A DNA stretch of 64,000 nucleotides from Hemiscyllium ocellatum (GCF_020745735.1 NC_083439.1:13096596-13160595), one strand, 5' to 3'. Positions 27,680-39,649 are shown, numbered from the stretch's first letter. Translations and numbers: made by a program. Notes: generated by a model not told the origin, from the letters alone.

Positions 27680-28005
27680 CAAGTTAATGTGCCCACCCCA
27701 ACTCTTCCATAAAATATGCTAAATCACCATTTCTCCTCTCAAATTTATGCTGTGGCAATAAATTATCTGTAAAGAGTTTGACTACACACTAAATTACAGC
27801 AGTACTTCCTATGAAAGTAGAAAAATTCAAAACTTGAGACACAAGCAGTTAATTCTCAAGACAAATTAACAATAAACCGTCCACCACCAAAACCGGTTGG
27901 TAGCATACCAAGCAAATACTGTGCATGGTCAACCACATAAGGATTAATATTGCACAATCACAAATTCAAGGATATATATATATACCAGCTGTTTAACGTG
28001 ACTGT
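27680..28005 (+). promoter_or_regulatory. Putative promoter of UGT gene 1 (liver/gut-type motifs)
   Basis: GTTAAT HNF1 half-site 27848-27853, FOXA-like AGCAAATA 27911-27918, C/EBP ATTGCACAAT 27949-27958, TATATA 27973-27984. Non-repeat sequence with a paralogue at 34570-35330. Confidence 0.6.
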
Positions 28006-28079
28006 AGTCTTTGCTTTATTTGCAGTCTCAGGTTCCTGGAGTAGAAGACTTGCGGCTTTGTTTGATTTCTGCCTTATCA
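28005..28079 (+). other. Putative non-coding 5' exon of UGT gene 1 (start uncertain, 28005-28026)
   Basis: Ends TTATCA/GTAAGT (donor 28080); same ending at 35410/35411; matching acceptor at 29513-29514. Confidence 0.6.
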
Positions 28080-28129
28080 GTAAGTAGAAGTTTGTAATGT
28101 CATGACAAAATGTTTGATAATCCAGGTAA

Positions 28130-28270
28130 AATCATCATAGTCTTACCAGAGTGAAGCACTGCTCTCCCATTAGAGAGAGCCGACTGGTGTTGATTAAATC
28201 TGAAGTGCAGTACATCTCAGGCAAGGGGAAAGGTTGAGTAGGAGAGTCCCTCATGGTAACCCCAGCCTTA
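28130..28270 (-). mobile_element. Short SINE fragment (family also at 37975-38100 and 53315-53510)
   Basis: ctgctctcccattagagagag..ctcaggcaagggga..catggtaacc shared among the three copies; the 53315 copy carries a B-box-like ggaattgaatcc. Confidence 0.65.
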
Positions 28271-28799
28271 AGTCTACAAGATAAAAAAGTCTTTCAAACA
28301 TGTAGAATAGACCCCCTTTGGTAAGGCAAGTTGTTTTGTATTTAACTTATGTTCAACAATATTGCAGGCAGCCTAAATAGTTATACTATGTTCATATTGA
28401 GAGAATACAATAGAATGATTGAGAATCTCATGGAACTTGTTGCTCCTGTGGTTGGAACTGGCGGCTGTTTGCTCACCAGCTGAAAATCCAACACTTTCTG
28501 ATTCTATTTCCAAATGTTTATTTTACATAAGAAGCTATTTAGCCTGCAGCTCGGATATCTTTAATATATTGGCAAGTCCAAACACAACTGAGACAAATGT
28601 CCTGCAGTAAGTGTAATATTATGCATTTATAGGAAGAGTGAAAATTCAGAATATTTTAAAGGTCATGAAAGTTTACACTCATAAGAACTAAGGTGTTCTT
28701 TCACACAATTTACAGAAATTTAATCTGCAAACAGAACAAGCAATTATGAAAGCAAATTGAATGATACCCATTTTTGCAAGGGGGTTGCTTATAAAAGGA

Positions 28800-29440
28800 G
28801 GCACACCATATTGCAAGCACATATGAAGCGGGTGAGATTACACCTTGAATAATGTGTACAGTTTTGGTTGCCTTACCTAAAGGTAGACAGATGTTTTTAA
28901 TAAATCTATTAAATATGTCATGACACAGCTCCAAAGAAGCAGGACATGAACCTGGTAATTCTGGCTCAGTGGTAGGGATATTGTGCGAGACTATTAGACA
29001 CCCTTCCTAAGGGTGGATGGACTGACTTTGGAGGGACCGCAAAGAATATTCACTAAATTAATCCAGTGAATACTAGGCTGGGCTGATTAGAATTAGGTTA
29101 CATTCAGTGGAACTTAGAAAATTGAGAGGTAATCAGTTTGTATGGTACAAAATTCTTAGGGAACTTGACAGCTGCAAAGACATTCCTTTGGAGAGAGAGT
29201 CTAGATCTTGGTTCATGGTATCCATTTTGGTCCGAAATATGGCAAAATATCTTCATTTGAGGGTTGTAACTCTTTGGAAGTCTCATCTCAGCAAGCTGCA
29301 AATACATGCTGCAAAATCATTGAGTCCATTCAAATTGGAAGTAAGGCAAATGAAGTTAAGACTGGAGAGTGGAATTGATGTAGAAGTTCAACCATGGTGT
29401 TATTGAATAGTTGAAGTAAATTCAAGGCCCCTATACTTTA
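28800..29440 (+). mobile_element. Ancient CR1 3' relic immediately upstream of the gene 1 acceptor
   Basis: cagttttggttgccttacc, aaaattgagaggtaatc, gagagtctagatc, ttcaaccatggtgttattgaa. Confidence 0.6.
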
Positions 29441-29499
29441 TTACTGATGCTTATTTATTTGTCTCTAGATATTCCAATTTATGTTATCAATATTTCTAT

Positions 29500-29519
29500 T
29501 CAATTCTCCAATAGGATCT
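29500..29519 (+). promoter_or_regulatory. Splice acceptor of UGT gene 1 coding exon (exon starts 29515)
   Basis: tcaattctccaatag/GATCT, conserved in front of all three ORFs. Confidence 0.85.
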
Positions 29520-29536
29520 GACTGTTTCATCCGAAT

Positions 29537-31147
29537 ATGAAGTGTCCTAATTGGAAGAGTAGATTTGAAGTTGCGTCTGTTCTTAGTATCATAATCATCA
29601 TGTCTTGTTCAGTAACCCAGGCAGCTAATATATTGGTTGTGCCTGCTGATGCAAGTCATTGGATCAATATGAAAATTCTAATGGAAGAACTGAAAAATCA
29701 TGGGCACAACCTCACTGTGCTTTATTTCTCAACATCTTGGTTTATCGATGCAAGGCCTGATTTATATCAATCCATGGTCTTAGAACTTCAGCAAAACTTT
29801 AAAGTTACAAGTGAAGATATTTTACAAACCTTTGTACAAAGGTCGTTAGATGTTTTACAGAATAGTTCAACGCCATGGAGTTTTCTCAAGTCTCAGTACA
29901 AACTAATGTCTTTTATACACAGCTGTCATAGTTATTTTCAACAGCTTAGCATCACAACATTTGAAAACAAAAGTTTGTTAAAACAGTTTGAAAATGAACA
30001 CTTTAATTTAGTACTTGCAGATCCTGTTTTTCCCTTAGGTTCAATGCTTGCTTATTATTTAAAACTCCCTTTGGTGCATAATGCACGTTGGCTCATCAGT
30101 GGAGAAGCTCATTTTCTCTTCGCCCCTTCTCCATTATCTTATATCCCAGTGCCAGGTTCACAATTGACAGACAAAATGTATTTTTTCCAAAGAACAAAAA
30201 ATGTCATCTTAAGTCTTTTTCTTCTATCTATAACAGAATTCCTGACTCACCCCAAATATAATGATCTCTGCCATCACTACCTAGGCCCAGACATAGACGT
30301 TGAGACTGTTCTTCTCAGTGCAGATGTGTGGCTGATGAGAGTAGATTTTATATTTGATTTCCCGAGACCCACCATGCCAAATATTGTTTATATTGGAGGA
30401 TTCCAGTGTAAACCATCTAAACCTCTAGAGGCAGAGTTTGAGGAGTTTGTCCAGTCCTCAGGGGAACATGGGATTATTGTCATGTCTTTGGGGTCCATGG
30501 TCAGTTCTTTGTCAATGCATATTACAATGCAAATAGCAGAAGCCCTTGCTCAAGTACCTCAGAAGGTTATCTGGAAACACAATGGAGAGATCCCTCCCAA
30601 CATAGGAAATAATACACTACTGGCAAAATGGATCCCTCAGAATGATCTACTAGGGCACCCAAAGACACGAGCCTTCATTGCCCATGGTGGCACCAATGGG
30701 CTTTATGAAGCCATCTATCATGGGGTGCCAGTAGTTGGCATACCTCTATTTTATGACCAGTTTGATAATTTACTCAGACTTGAAATTCGAGGTGCAGCAA
30801 CAGTGATTGATATCTCCACCATGCAGTCAACAGATCTATTGCAGGCACTTAATGATATTATACATAACACATCTTATTGGGAGAACATGCAGAAACTCTC
30901 AGCTCTCCACAGAGGCCAACCAGAGACTCCAATGGAGAGAGCTATTTTCTGGATTGAGTATGTAGCCCGACACAAAGGGGCGCCACATTTGCGCCCAGAG
31001 TCTTATAGACTTCCTTGGTATGTTTACTATTGTGTAGATGTGATGATCTTTCTATTGTTACTGTTCCTCATGCTTCCAATATTGGTAGTTATACTGATCA
31101 AGAAATTGTGTAACATTGCTTGGCAAGAGAAACAAAAAAATCTGTGA
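29537..31147 (+). CDS. UDP-glucuronosyltransferase, single coding exon (UGT5-like), 536 aa
   Basis: Signal peptide, catalytic SHW His, LADP Asp, UGT signature WIPQNDLLGHPKTRAFIAHGGTNGLYEAIYHGVPVVGIPLFYDQ, C-terminal TM helix, KQKNL KxKxx ER-retrieval motif; intact ORF. Confidence 0.97.
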   Translation: MKCPNWKSRFEVASVLSIIIIMSCSVTQAANILVVPADASHWINMKILMEELKNHGHNLTVLYFSTSWFIDARPDLYQSMVLELQQNFKVTSEDILQTFVQRSLDVLQNSSTPWSFLKSQYKLMSFIHSCHSYFQQLSITTFENKSLLKQFENEHFNLVLADPVFPLGSMLAYYLKLPLVHNARWLISGEAHFLFAPSPLSYIPVPGSQLTDKMYFFQRTKNVILSLFLLSITEFLTHPKYNDLCHHYLGPDIDVETVLLSADVWLMRVDFIFDFPRPTMPNIVYIGGFQCKPSKPLEAEFEEFVQSSGEHGIIVMSLGSMVSSLSMHITMQIAEALAQVPQKVIWKHNGEIPPNIGNNTLLAKWIPQNDLLGHPKTRAFIAHGGTNGLYEAIYHGVPVVGIPLFYDQFDNLLRLEIRGAATVIDISTMQSTDLLQALNDIIHNTSYWENMQKLSALHRGQPETPMERAIFWIEYVARHKGAPHLRPESYRLPWYVYYCVDVMIFLLLLFLMLPILVVILIKKLCNIAWQEKQKNL

Positions 31148-32302
31148 TTGTGCTTTTGAAGTGAGAGAGGAGGACTTGGACAGTCCACCCAACAGCACAC
31201 TGCATACGCTGTCTGATATGATTTGTCAATCTTTGAAATTTTGCATTACATATGAGCATCACAATGGCATTGATGTACATACTCTACATGATTCATTTGT
31301 GTGCTGGGCAGAATGTGTTTCTAGCTGGATTTGTTGCGAACACCACTCATGTTGTTCCTGCATAGTATTATATCTATGTTAATGGAATAATGATGATTCA
31401 CTCAGATGTATTCATTAACTTTGTGTGTTAGATTCATTAAAATAATGAAACCCTTTATAAGTTATGAAGCAGGCATTTCAGAAACCAATTGATTTCTGAC
31501 TGTATAGATTGCTGACAAATGGCAGGCAGACACACAACATTATATGCACACAACACCTGGAGTTCTTAAGGACAAACTTTCTTAATGACAAGATTTGCAT
31601 ACAGTATACAGTAGCAGCTTCAAGTATCTAGTTTCACATATTGCTCAAAGTTTTGAGATGCTTCACTCTTCCAGGGTAACGAGTGATGCATGATTACAAG
31701 TGGCAGCCTAAGGCCTGGTTCATAGATTTGTGTGACACACATTGAGTCATGATCATATAATATTAAGTGTTCCTTCCCCTTACATTGTATCTCTTGCAAA
31801 AGTCTGGATAGGTGCAAGATGAAAACGTATTTTCTTTAACAAATGAATTTGTCAAAGAAAAGCTGAAATTCTGCTGACACCTGAAAAAACAGGTCAGTAC
31901 TGTATAAAGTTCCAATCTGATCTATTCTAAATGTGGTGATTGTAACCTCATTTATGGTGTATGCAGATAATTACACCAGGCTCCGAAAAAGAATCATATC
32001 AAAATCGAAGCGCTAACTCAGTTTTTATCTCCATAAATGTAGCCAGACCTGCTGAGTTTCTCTTGCACTTTGTGTTTTCGATTTCAAATTTCCAGCAGTT
32101 GCAGTATTTTGCTTCTATATCAGAGTTCTGGCTGATTGTAATGCAGGGTCATTCCAGAAAATTGTGATAAACATTTGATAACTGAGCTATGAAAGCAAGA
32201 TAATCTACTCTCTGCACCTGTTTTCCATCAGTGCCTGATGAAATGAAGGAGTCTGTTTGTTGAATGAGATAACCATGTACTCACACTGACTGAGTTTTAC
32301 AA

Positions 32303-32525
32303 TGGGCAAAAAGAAGACTGTAGCTGCTGGAAATCAGAGACTAGATTAGAGTGGTGCTGGAAAAGCACAGCAGGTCAGGCAGCATCTGAGGAGCAGGAAA
32401 ATCGATATTTTGGGCAAAAGCCCTTCATCAGGAAATTCGTGAAGGTATTTTGCCTGAAATGTCGATTTTCCTGCTCATCAGATGCTGCCTGATCTTCTGT
32501 GCTTTTCCAACACCACTCTAATCTA
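32303..32525. mobile_element. Penelope family A fold-back mini-element (probably within gene 1 3' UTR)
   Basis: Inverted arms ~32342-32428 and ~32439-32525; degenerate direct repeat tgagttttacaat / tgagtgctacagt. Confidence 0.8.
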
Positions 32526-32886
32526 TGAGTGCTACAGTCACAGGCCTAAACAAAGAAATGTTAATGTAAGACTTAACTGACGTCCCATATGGTTTTGGTA
32601 AATAGAAGTTGAGAAGGTGAAATGGGATGGACACCTACCAGAGCAACATGTGTCGTAGTGAGCTCTTTTTATACTCAGAGCCTTGCAATGGTACTTGAAG
32701 GCAATAACTTGTGGTTTAGAGATAAACATGTTAGCAACTGCACCACAGCAAATCCTGCATGATGTATTTTCACTGTTGTTCACACTGAATAATAAGGCTT
32801 AAATGGAGGATCATGTTTTTTGCAAAAGAACAATGTGCTTGTACAATCTGATTTTGAAATGTTGTAATAATATAATCATGTGTATT

Positions 32887-32892
32887 AATAAA
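32887..32892 (+). terminator. Candidate polyadenylation signal of UGT gene 1
   Basis: AATAAA with TGTA upstream and a T/GT-rich tract downstream; alternative ATTAAA at 31436-31441. Confidence 0.5.
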
Positions 32893-34569
32893 AGAATGCT
32901 TCTGTTTGATTTGTTTCTTCTTCTCTTTGATAATTTTGACAACTGGAAGTTAACTTTTTCAGACTGACTTCTAAAAGGATCTTGATCATTTTGTTTTTAC
33001 CAGTGACAGTAAGATCGTTCAATTAAGCTAAACATTGCCATCTGATGTTTCTACAATGTTGTCCTGTAGTTGTTCAAATGCATTCCCCCTTGTTCCCTAG
33101 TTGAAAATATTCCATAGTTTATGTTGTGTTAAAATGTTTATCATTTTGTGAGCCTGTAAGTCAGCATCATTTAAGTGAATTATAGATTCTCCTTCAATGT
33201 AGCTACCGTGCTGAAAAATAGGAACAATAATAGGGTTTTAACCACTTGACTTTGATTTGCCATTCAGCTGGATCCTACTGGTGGTTATCCTAACTTCACC
33301 TACCTGTTTTTGTTGCATAATCTTCAGTACCTTCTACCGAAGGAAAGTTCTAGCAATAACAGTTCTGAAACTTTCAATCTGTCCTGTTGTAGCAGTTCTT
33401 TAGCAATGAGAGTTCCCGATTTCACATCCTTTCATGTAAAACAACTTCCTGACGTTCTCCCAAAGGGCATAACACGAGCTGAGTGTTGTTGCAACTGCAC
33501 TCATTAAAGCAAGTGGGGAGTATTCGCACTTGTTGACTCCTGACTTGTGCCTTATGGACAGATTGCCTGATGAGAGATTGGCTTTGCAACAAAAGCTATA
33601 TTGATCACAGGAACCTGAGTGGGCATGGTTTTCAAGCTGGGGGACACTTGAGGTAGAACCAACATCTGGTCTGAACAGGACTACAAACATCAAATATGGT
33701 AGGGAGAGTATCACATTCACAGAATATATTAATACTGACACTTTTTATGACCCTGTGTCTGGATTGAGCCTGAATATAAGCATACAGCACAGTTGAGATG
33801 AAGACCATCTGGGATTCTGAGTCTGATCTTGGCTTGAGTTCCTCTTCAATCCCAAACAAAAGACTGCCTGAATTTCAGTAAAATCAGTTTTTAACAATTT
33901 ATCTGAGTAGGACCATCAGCTACAGGACCAGCTGCACCTTCATTGTCACTGACTCTTCAAAGGGATTCAACTTCACTTTCATTGGCATCTGAAACCATTC
34001 TTATAACCATTTAAAACTGAAAATTTAATGCCAACGTGGCGATAGATAAGCACCATTGTTATTCTAGTACCTGACTTTAGCCATAAAACCTCACATTCAT
34101 TGCAATACAATACAATGATAACTGTAATCCGGAACCCAGTTTAACCCTGACAGCTAGCCCTGTGTCAGATGTTCACATTTACACTCAACTTTTCCATTGC
34201 ATTTCCTGTGCCAGTCTCAAGGTCACCCAAAGCGTTCCACTTTGGTGCTTTTAGCGTCTCCATGGGAAACAAAGTATTTCAGAAAGAATACAACACAAAT
34301 GAGGAAATGGAAAGCATGCAACTACAGACATGGATTGAAAAAGAAAAAAATATATGTGTACATTTGGCAAGGACCACTGGTATGAGAGATCACTTAGCTG
34401 AGCATGATTTGTTTCCTAATGCCCCTTCTGTGGATTATTGTTAATTCTAACAATACTTCTGGTACAAAGATACAATACAGCATGGTTATTAATTTAAGTG
34501 GCTTATCACCATCATTAAACCATTGCTACACTAATTGGAAAATTGTCATTCTCTTACCAAATACAACTA

Positions 34570-35335
34570 ATGAATGTGCCCACCCAAAATAACTTTCCTG
34601 TGAACATACTATTTTCCAAATTAATAATCTTGGTCATTCCTATCATAACGCCACCAGTCTCTTTTTGTATTAACAGAGCTATAGGAACAGAGAAGTCTAT
34701 GGTGCAGAATAAGGCCCTTCAGCCCATCGCATTCATACTAGTCAAAAGCAACGTCCTCACATTGCTATTGTAATGTCCCTTGTAGTATATCTGCACTAAT
34801 ATATTTTGGTAAATTCCATGGAATTAGAACTACTCAGGAATCTAGAATCCATTGGTTAATTCAAAAGGTACTGATGCCTCAGAGGAAAGACCCATTTCAA
34901 GTTTTAAATTAGATTACTTACAGTGTGGAAACAGGCCCTTTGGCCTAACAAGGCCACACCGGCCCTCCGAAGAGCAACCTGCCCAGACCCATTCCCCTAC
35001 ACCTAACATGATGGGAAATTTAGCATAACCAATTCACCTAACCTGCACATTTTTGGACTGTGGGAGGAAACCGGAGCACCCGGACGAAACCCACACAGAC
35101 TCGGGGGGAATGTACAAACTCCACACAGACAGTCACCTGAGGTGGGAGTTGAACCTGAGTCTCTGGTGCTATGAGGCAGCAGTGCTAACCACTGTGCTAC
35201 CGTGCCACCCAGATGGCCAAGGTCATAAGAAAAATGCTTACCAAATGTGAATAGCAGATCACATGAGGATTAGTATCAAACAATCAGAGGTTCAATTAGA
35301 CTTTGAACTGACCAACTACATTAACATAAACAAAT
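34570..35335 (+). promoter_or_regulatory. Putative promoter of UGT gene 2, paralogous to 27680-28005, split by a SINE
   Basis: aatgtgcccaccc 34573-34585 = 27686-27698; 35260-35295 matches 27934-27969 at 28/36; HNF4-like DR1 (AGTTCAAAGTCTA, minus) 35297-35309; CATAAA 35325-35330. Confidence 0.6.
34909..35210 (-). mobile_element. HE1-type SINE
   Basis: Same family as 9098-9408. Confidence 0.9.
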
Positions 35336-35349
35336 ATTGATTTTTCCTC

Positions 35350-35410
35350 AGTTGAAAGCTCAGCAACAAGAAATACGACAATTATACTGCACTTAATTTG
35401 TTCTTCATCA
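35350..35410 (+). other. Putative non-coding 5' exon of UGT gene 2
   Basis: Ends TTCATCA/GTAAGT (donor 35411), homologous to 28079/28080; TCAGTT Inr-like (or acceptor) at 35348-35353. Confidence 0.6.
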
Positions 35411-35621
35411 GTAAGTAAAAGAGCATAATTTCTTGATGAAATGATTTCATAAATCAAAAGGTTTTTTTTCATTTGTGCTAATTCGTCAGCCTGAGGTTTG
35501 AAATGCATTAGTTTAGTTTCTGTACACCAACATTGCATGAGCCTGAAATATAATCTTCCAAAGTTTACTCAGTTCTGGAACTGTTCCATGAAATTGGAAA
35601 AGCTGCCGATATCAATTCACA

Positions 35622-37969
35622 CTGAAGGGGAAGGGTGAGCAGCCAGAAATCGTGGTACATATTGACACCAATGATATAGCCAGGAAAGGGATTGAGGAGC
35701 TTAAAAGTGACTACAGAGAGCTAGGTTGGAAGCTGAAGAGCAGGGCAAGTAGAGGGTGTTCTCAGGTTTGCTACCGGTGCCATGAGATAGTGAGGTGAGG
35801 AACAGGCAGCAAGCGCAACTGGTGCAGGAGGGAGGGCTTCAGATATTTAGACCATTAGGATGCCTTCTGGGGAAGGTGGGACCTGTACATGAAGGACAGG
35901 TTGCATCTGAATTGAGAAGCACAAATGTCCTAGATTGGAGATTTGCTCCTATGGTTCAGGAGGATTTACGCTAGTTTAGCAGGGAAGTGGGAACCAGAGC
36001 TACGTATCTGAGAGGGGGTAGTTAGATATGGGGCAGTGACAGATGTAGTGAATCTATCAGGAAGGTTATTCATGTGCTGGAACAAAGGGATCGGTTAAAG
36101 TGTGTCTGCTTTAATGCAAGGAGTGTCAGAAATAAGAGTGATAAACTTAGAGCATGGATCGGTTCTTGTGACTGCGATGTTGTTGCCATAACAGAGACGT
36201 GGGTTTCACAGGGGTGGGAATGGTTGCTAGATGTTCCAGGGTTTAGAATGTTTAAAAAGAATGGGGAGGGTGGAGAAAGAGGAGGGGGTGTAGCATTGCT
36301 AATCAGAGAGTGCATCACGAAGGAAAGGGACCTTATTGTGAATGAAAACTTTGAGGAGCTGGGAAACAGGCTTGAACAGATCAAGATTGATGAATCTGAT
36401 GTGTTGGAAATTTTGGCAAACATTAAGATTATTAAGTCCCCAGGGCCAGACCAGATTTATCCTAGATTGCTCTGGGAAGCGGGAAAGGAGGTTGCTAAGC
36501 CGCAGGCAAAGATCCTTGCTTCCTCACCCTCCATGGGAATTTTATCAGAGGATTGGAGGGAGGCGAATGTTCTTCCTCTTTTTAAAAAGGGAAACAGGGA
36601 AATCCCTGGCATTTGCAGACCAGTCAGTCTTACATGTGTGGTCAACAATGTTTTGGAAAGAATTCTGAGGGATAGGATTTATGACTATTTGGAAAAGCAT
36701 AGCGTGATTACATACAGTCAGCATGGCTTTGTGAGGGGCAGGTCATGCCTCACAAATCTTAGTGAGTTATTTGAGGTGGTGATGAGACAGGTCAACAAAG
36801 GTTGAAGAGTGGATGTCGTGTATATGGACTTCAACATGGCATTTGATAAGGTTCCCCATGGTAGGCTCATTCATAAATTCAGGAGGTGTGGGATACAGGC
36901 AGATTTGGCTGTCTGGATTCAGAATTGGTTGGCTGACAGAAGGCAGAGAGTGGTTGTAGATGGAAAGTATTCTGCCTGGAGGTCAGTAGTGAGTGGTGTC
37001 TCACAGGGCTCTGTTCTTGGTCCTCTGATCTTTGTAGTTTTTATAAATGATTTGGATGAGGAGGTTGATAGGTCTGTTAGTAAATTTGCCAATTTGCAAA
37101 GGTGGGAGGTGCAGTTGATAGGATTGAGGACATTGCAGGCTGCAGCATGACATGGACAGGATGCAGAGCTTGGCTGAGAAATGGCAGATGGAGTTCAACC
37201 TGGATAAATGTGAAGTGATGTATTTTGGAAAGTCGAACATGAATGCTGAACATAACGTTAACAACAGGATTCTTGGCAGAGTGGAGGAGCAGAGGGACCT
37301 TGGTGTTCAAGTGCTCAAAGTTACCACCAGAGTGGATAGGGTTGTTACAAAAGCATGTAGTGTTTTGGTTTTCATTAACAGGGGGATCGAGTTTAAGAGC
37401 TGTAAGATTTTGCTGCAGATCTACAAGTCCCTGGTGAGACCACACTTAGAATATTGTGTCCAGGTCTGGCCGCCTATTGTAGGAAAGATATGGAAGTTTT
37501 GGAGATGGTGCAAAGAAGGTTCACCAGAATACTACCTGGACTGAAGGGCTTATCTTATGAAGAAAGGTTGACTAAGCTCGGACTTTTCTCTCTGGAGAGA
37601 AGGAGGAAGACAGGTGACCTGATCGAGGTATACAAGGTAATGAGAGGCATGGATAGAGTCAATAGCTAGAGACTTTTCCCCAGGGCAAGATTGACTGGCA
37701 CGAGGGATCATAGTTTTAAGATTTTAAGAGGAAGGTATAGAGGAGACATCAGAGGTAGGTTCTTTACTCAGAGAGTTGTGAATGTGTTGCCAGTAGTGGT
37801 GGTGGAAGCAGAGTCATTAGGGACATTAAGAGATTGCTGAATATGCACATGGACAGCAGTGAATTAAGGGGTGTGTACATTAAGTTATTTTATTTTAGAT
37901 TAGGAATAATCCTCTGCACAACATAATGGGCCAAACGGCCTGTCCTGTGCTGTACTTTTCTATGTTCTA
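35622..37969 (+). mobile_element. CR1 LINE with internal deletion (EN joined to pre-RT near 36315)
   Basis: CFNARSVRNK, AITETW, GGGVALL then directly KSPGPDQIYPRLL, AFDKVPH, QGSVLGP; tail ttctatgttcta. Confidence 0.9.
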
Positions 37970-38107
37970 TATGGTAAGGTAGTCACAGTCCCAGAAGCCC
38001 ATGGGGCTGCTCTCTCATTAGTGAGAGATGACTGGTGGTGGTTTAACATGAGGATCACTATGCCTTAGGTAAGGGGAGGGGTTGAGAAGGTGGGACCTAC
38101 CCCACAA

Positions 38108-38790
38108 TGTATTTTAACTCTTATATCTAGCAAAAAATCTGCGAATTGATTCTTAGTGGTAAAAATGATAATATTTATTTATTTAACGCAATTAACATTA
38201 TAATAACAAAATATACTACAAACTAACAATTTACAGGATAAATCTAACCAACTATCGTGTGCTTTATCTTTCCTCTGGGTGATCATACACCACCATATTG
38301 GATCTTGGCTTTGATCCTCACTGCGATGATCGTCTGGTTTTTTTTCTTCTGCTGGTCCTGGGGAGTTTTCTCTTCTCAGTGGTTGGTCGTGAGTTACCAC
38401 TCCTGAGGGTGGTGTTGAGGTGGTTCTTATCCTTAGAAAGCTTCACGCCCTTTTAGGAGTATCTTCAAAGTCCACCAATAGGTCAATCAGGGCTCAATTA
38501 CCTCGATCGATCGGACCCAACCAGGTGTTGACATATCTGGTGAACACCTTGATGGTTTCAATTATCCTGGGGATGGCACTCAGGTTGATCTATTCAATTC
38601 CAATTCAAGTATATATTGTATTATCTGTAGCTGCTGAGTCAGTTTCATACTGTCTGTCTGTAGCTGCAGCCTGTCTGAATTCTGCAGCATATTTATTCAT
38701 GAATCTTTCAGTACCGTTACTTTCGGCCAAGGCTTGTCTCAATTTCCCAGCATGCCTCATTTATTGACCATTTTCATAAATCCACCATTT
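38108..38790 (-). mobile_element. Possible solo LTR
   Basis: Starts TGT, has AATAAA on the minus strand near one end, and composition unlike the flanks; no TSD identified. Confidence 0.35.
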
Positions 38791-39323
38791 TAAGTGGCTT
38801 CTCCAGCCACCAAGTTGACTGTTGAAATGGGACTGAAGCTGTGCTTTTGGTCTTTATTTCAAAGTGGTCATCCAAGCCAACTGAGCTCAAAGCAGCAAGT
38901 CAAGCAGACTTGGGAGACTTTGGGCACGAAAATGTTACAAACAGCTACAAAAGTTAAGCAAAAAGGGTCGTGCAATGATTTGGCCTTCATTATGAGAAGT
39001 CTGAAATCCAAGAGAGCAAACGTCAGGCTTCAGCTGAAAGCTAAATAATTGAAGTTTTCAAGAAATGCAACGTTTCTCCTAAACAACAGCTGATGTCTGC
39101 AATGGAAACAGAAAATGCTGGATATACACAGCAAGTGAACAGACAGAAATAGCATTAACAATTCAAGTCAATGATGGGCCATCACCCATTCTGGAATCCT
39201 GGCTGATTCAGTAGCTCAGTTGATTTTCTTAAATGATAAGGACAGTCCTCACACCAAGGCATCTTGTGCCAAAGTGGTAGTCTTCCAACCTCTGAACCAA
39301 TAATGTTCTTGGTTCAAGGTCTT

Positions 39324-39645
39324 GGGTTGGCACAGTGGCTCAGTGATTAGCACTGTTGCTTCACAGCACCAGGGACCTTAGTTTGATTTCCACCTCAGGC
39401 AACTGTCTGTGTGGAGGTTGCACATTCTCCCCATGTCTGTGTGGGTTTCCTCCGGGTGCTCCAGTTTCCTCCCACAATCCAAAAATGTGCAGGTTAGGTG
39501 AATTGGCCATGCTAAACTGCTCGTAGTGTTAAGTGAAGGGGTAAGTGTAGGGGAATAGGCGGGTTGCGCATGGGCGGGTTGGTATGGAATTGTTGGGCCG
39601 AAGGGCCTGTTTCCACACTGTAAGTAAGTAATCTAAAGTAATCTA
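39324..39645 (+). mobile_element. HE1-type SINE
   Basis: ggcacagtggctcagtgattagcactg..tail taagtaatctaaagtaatcta. Confidence 0.9.
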
Positions 39646-39649
39646 AAAA

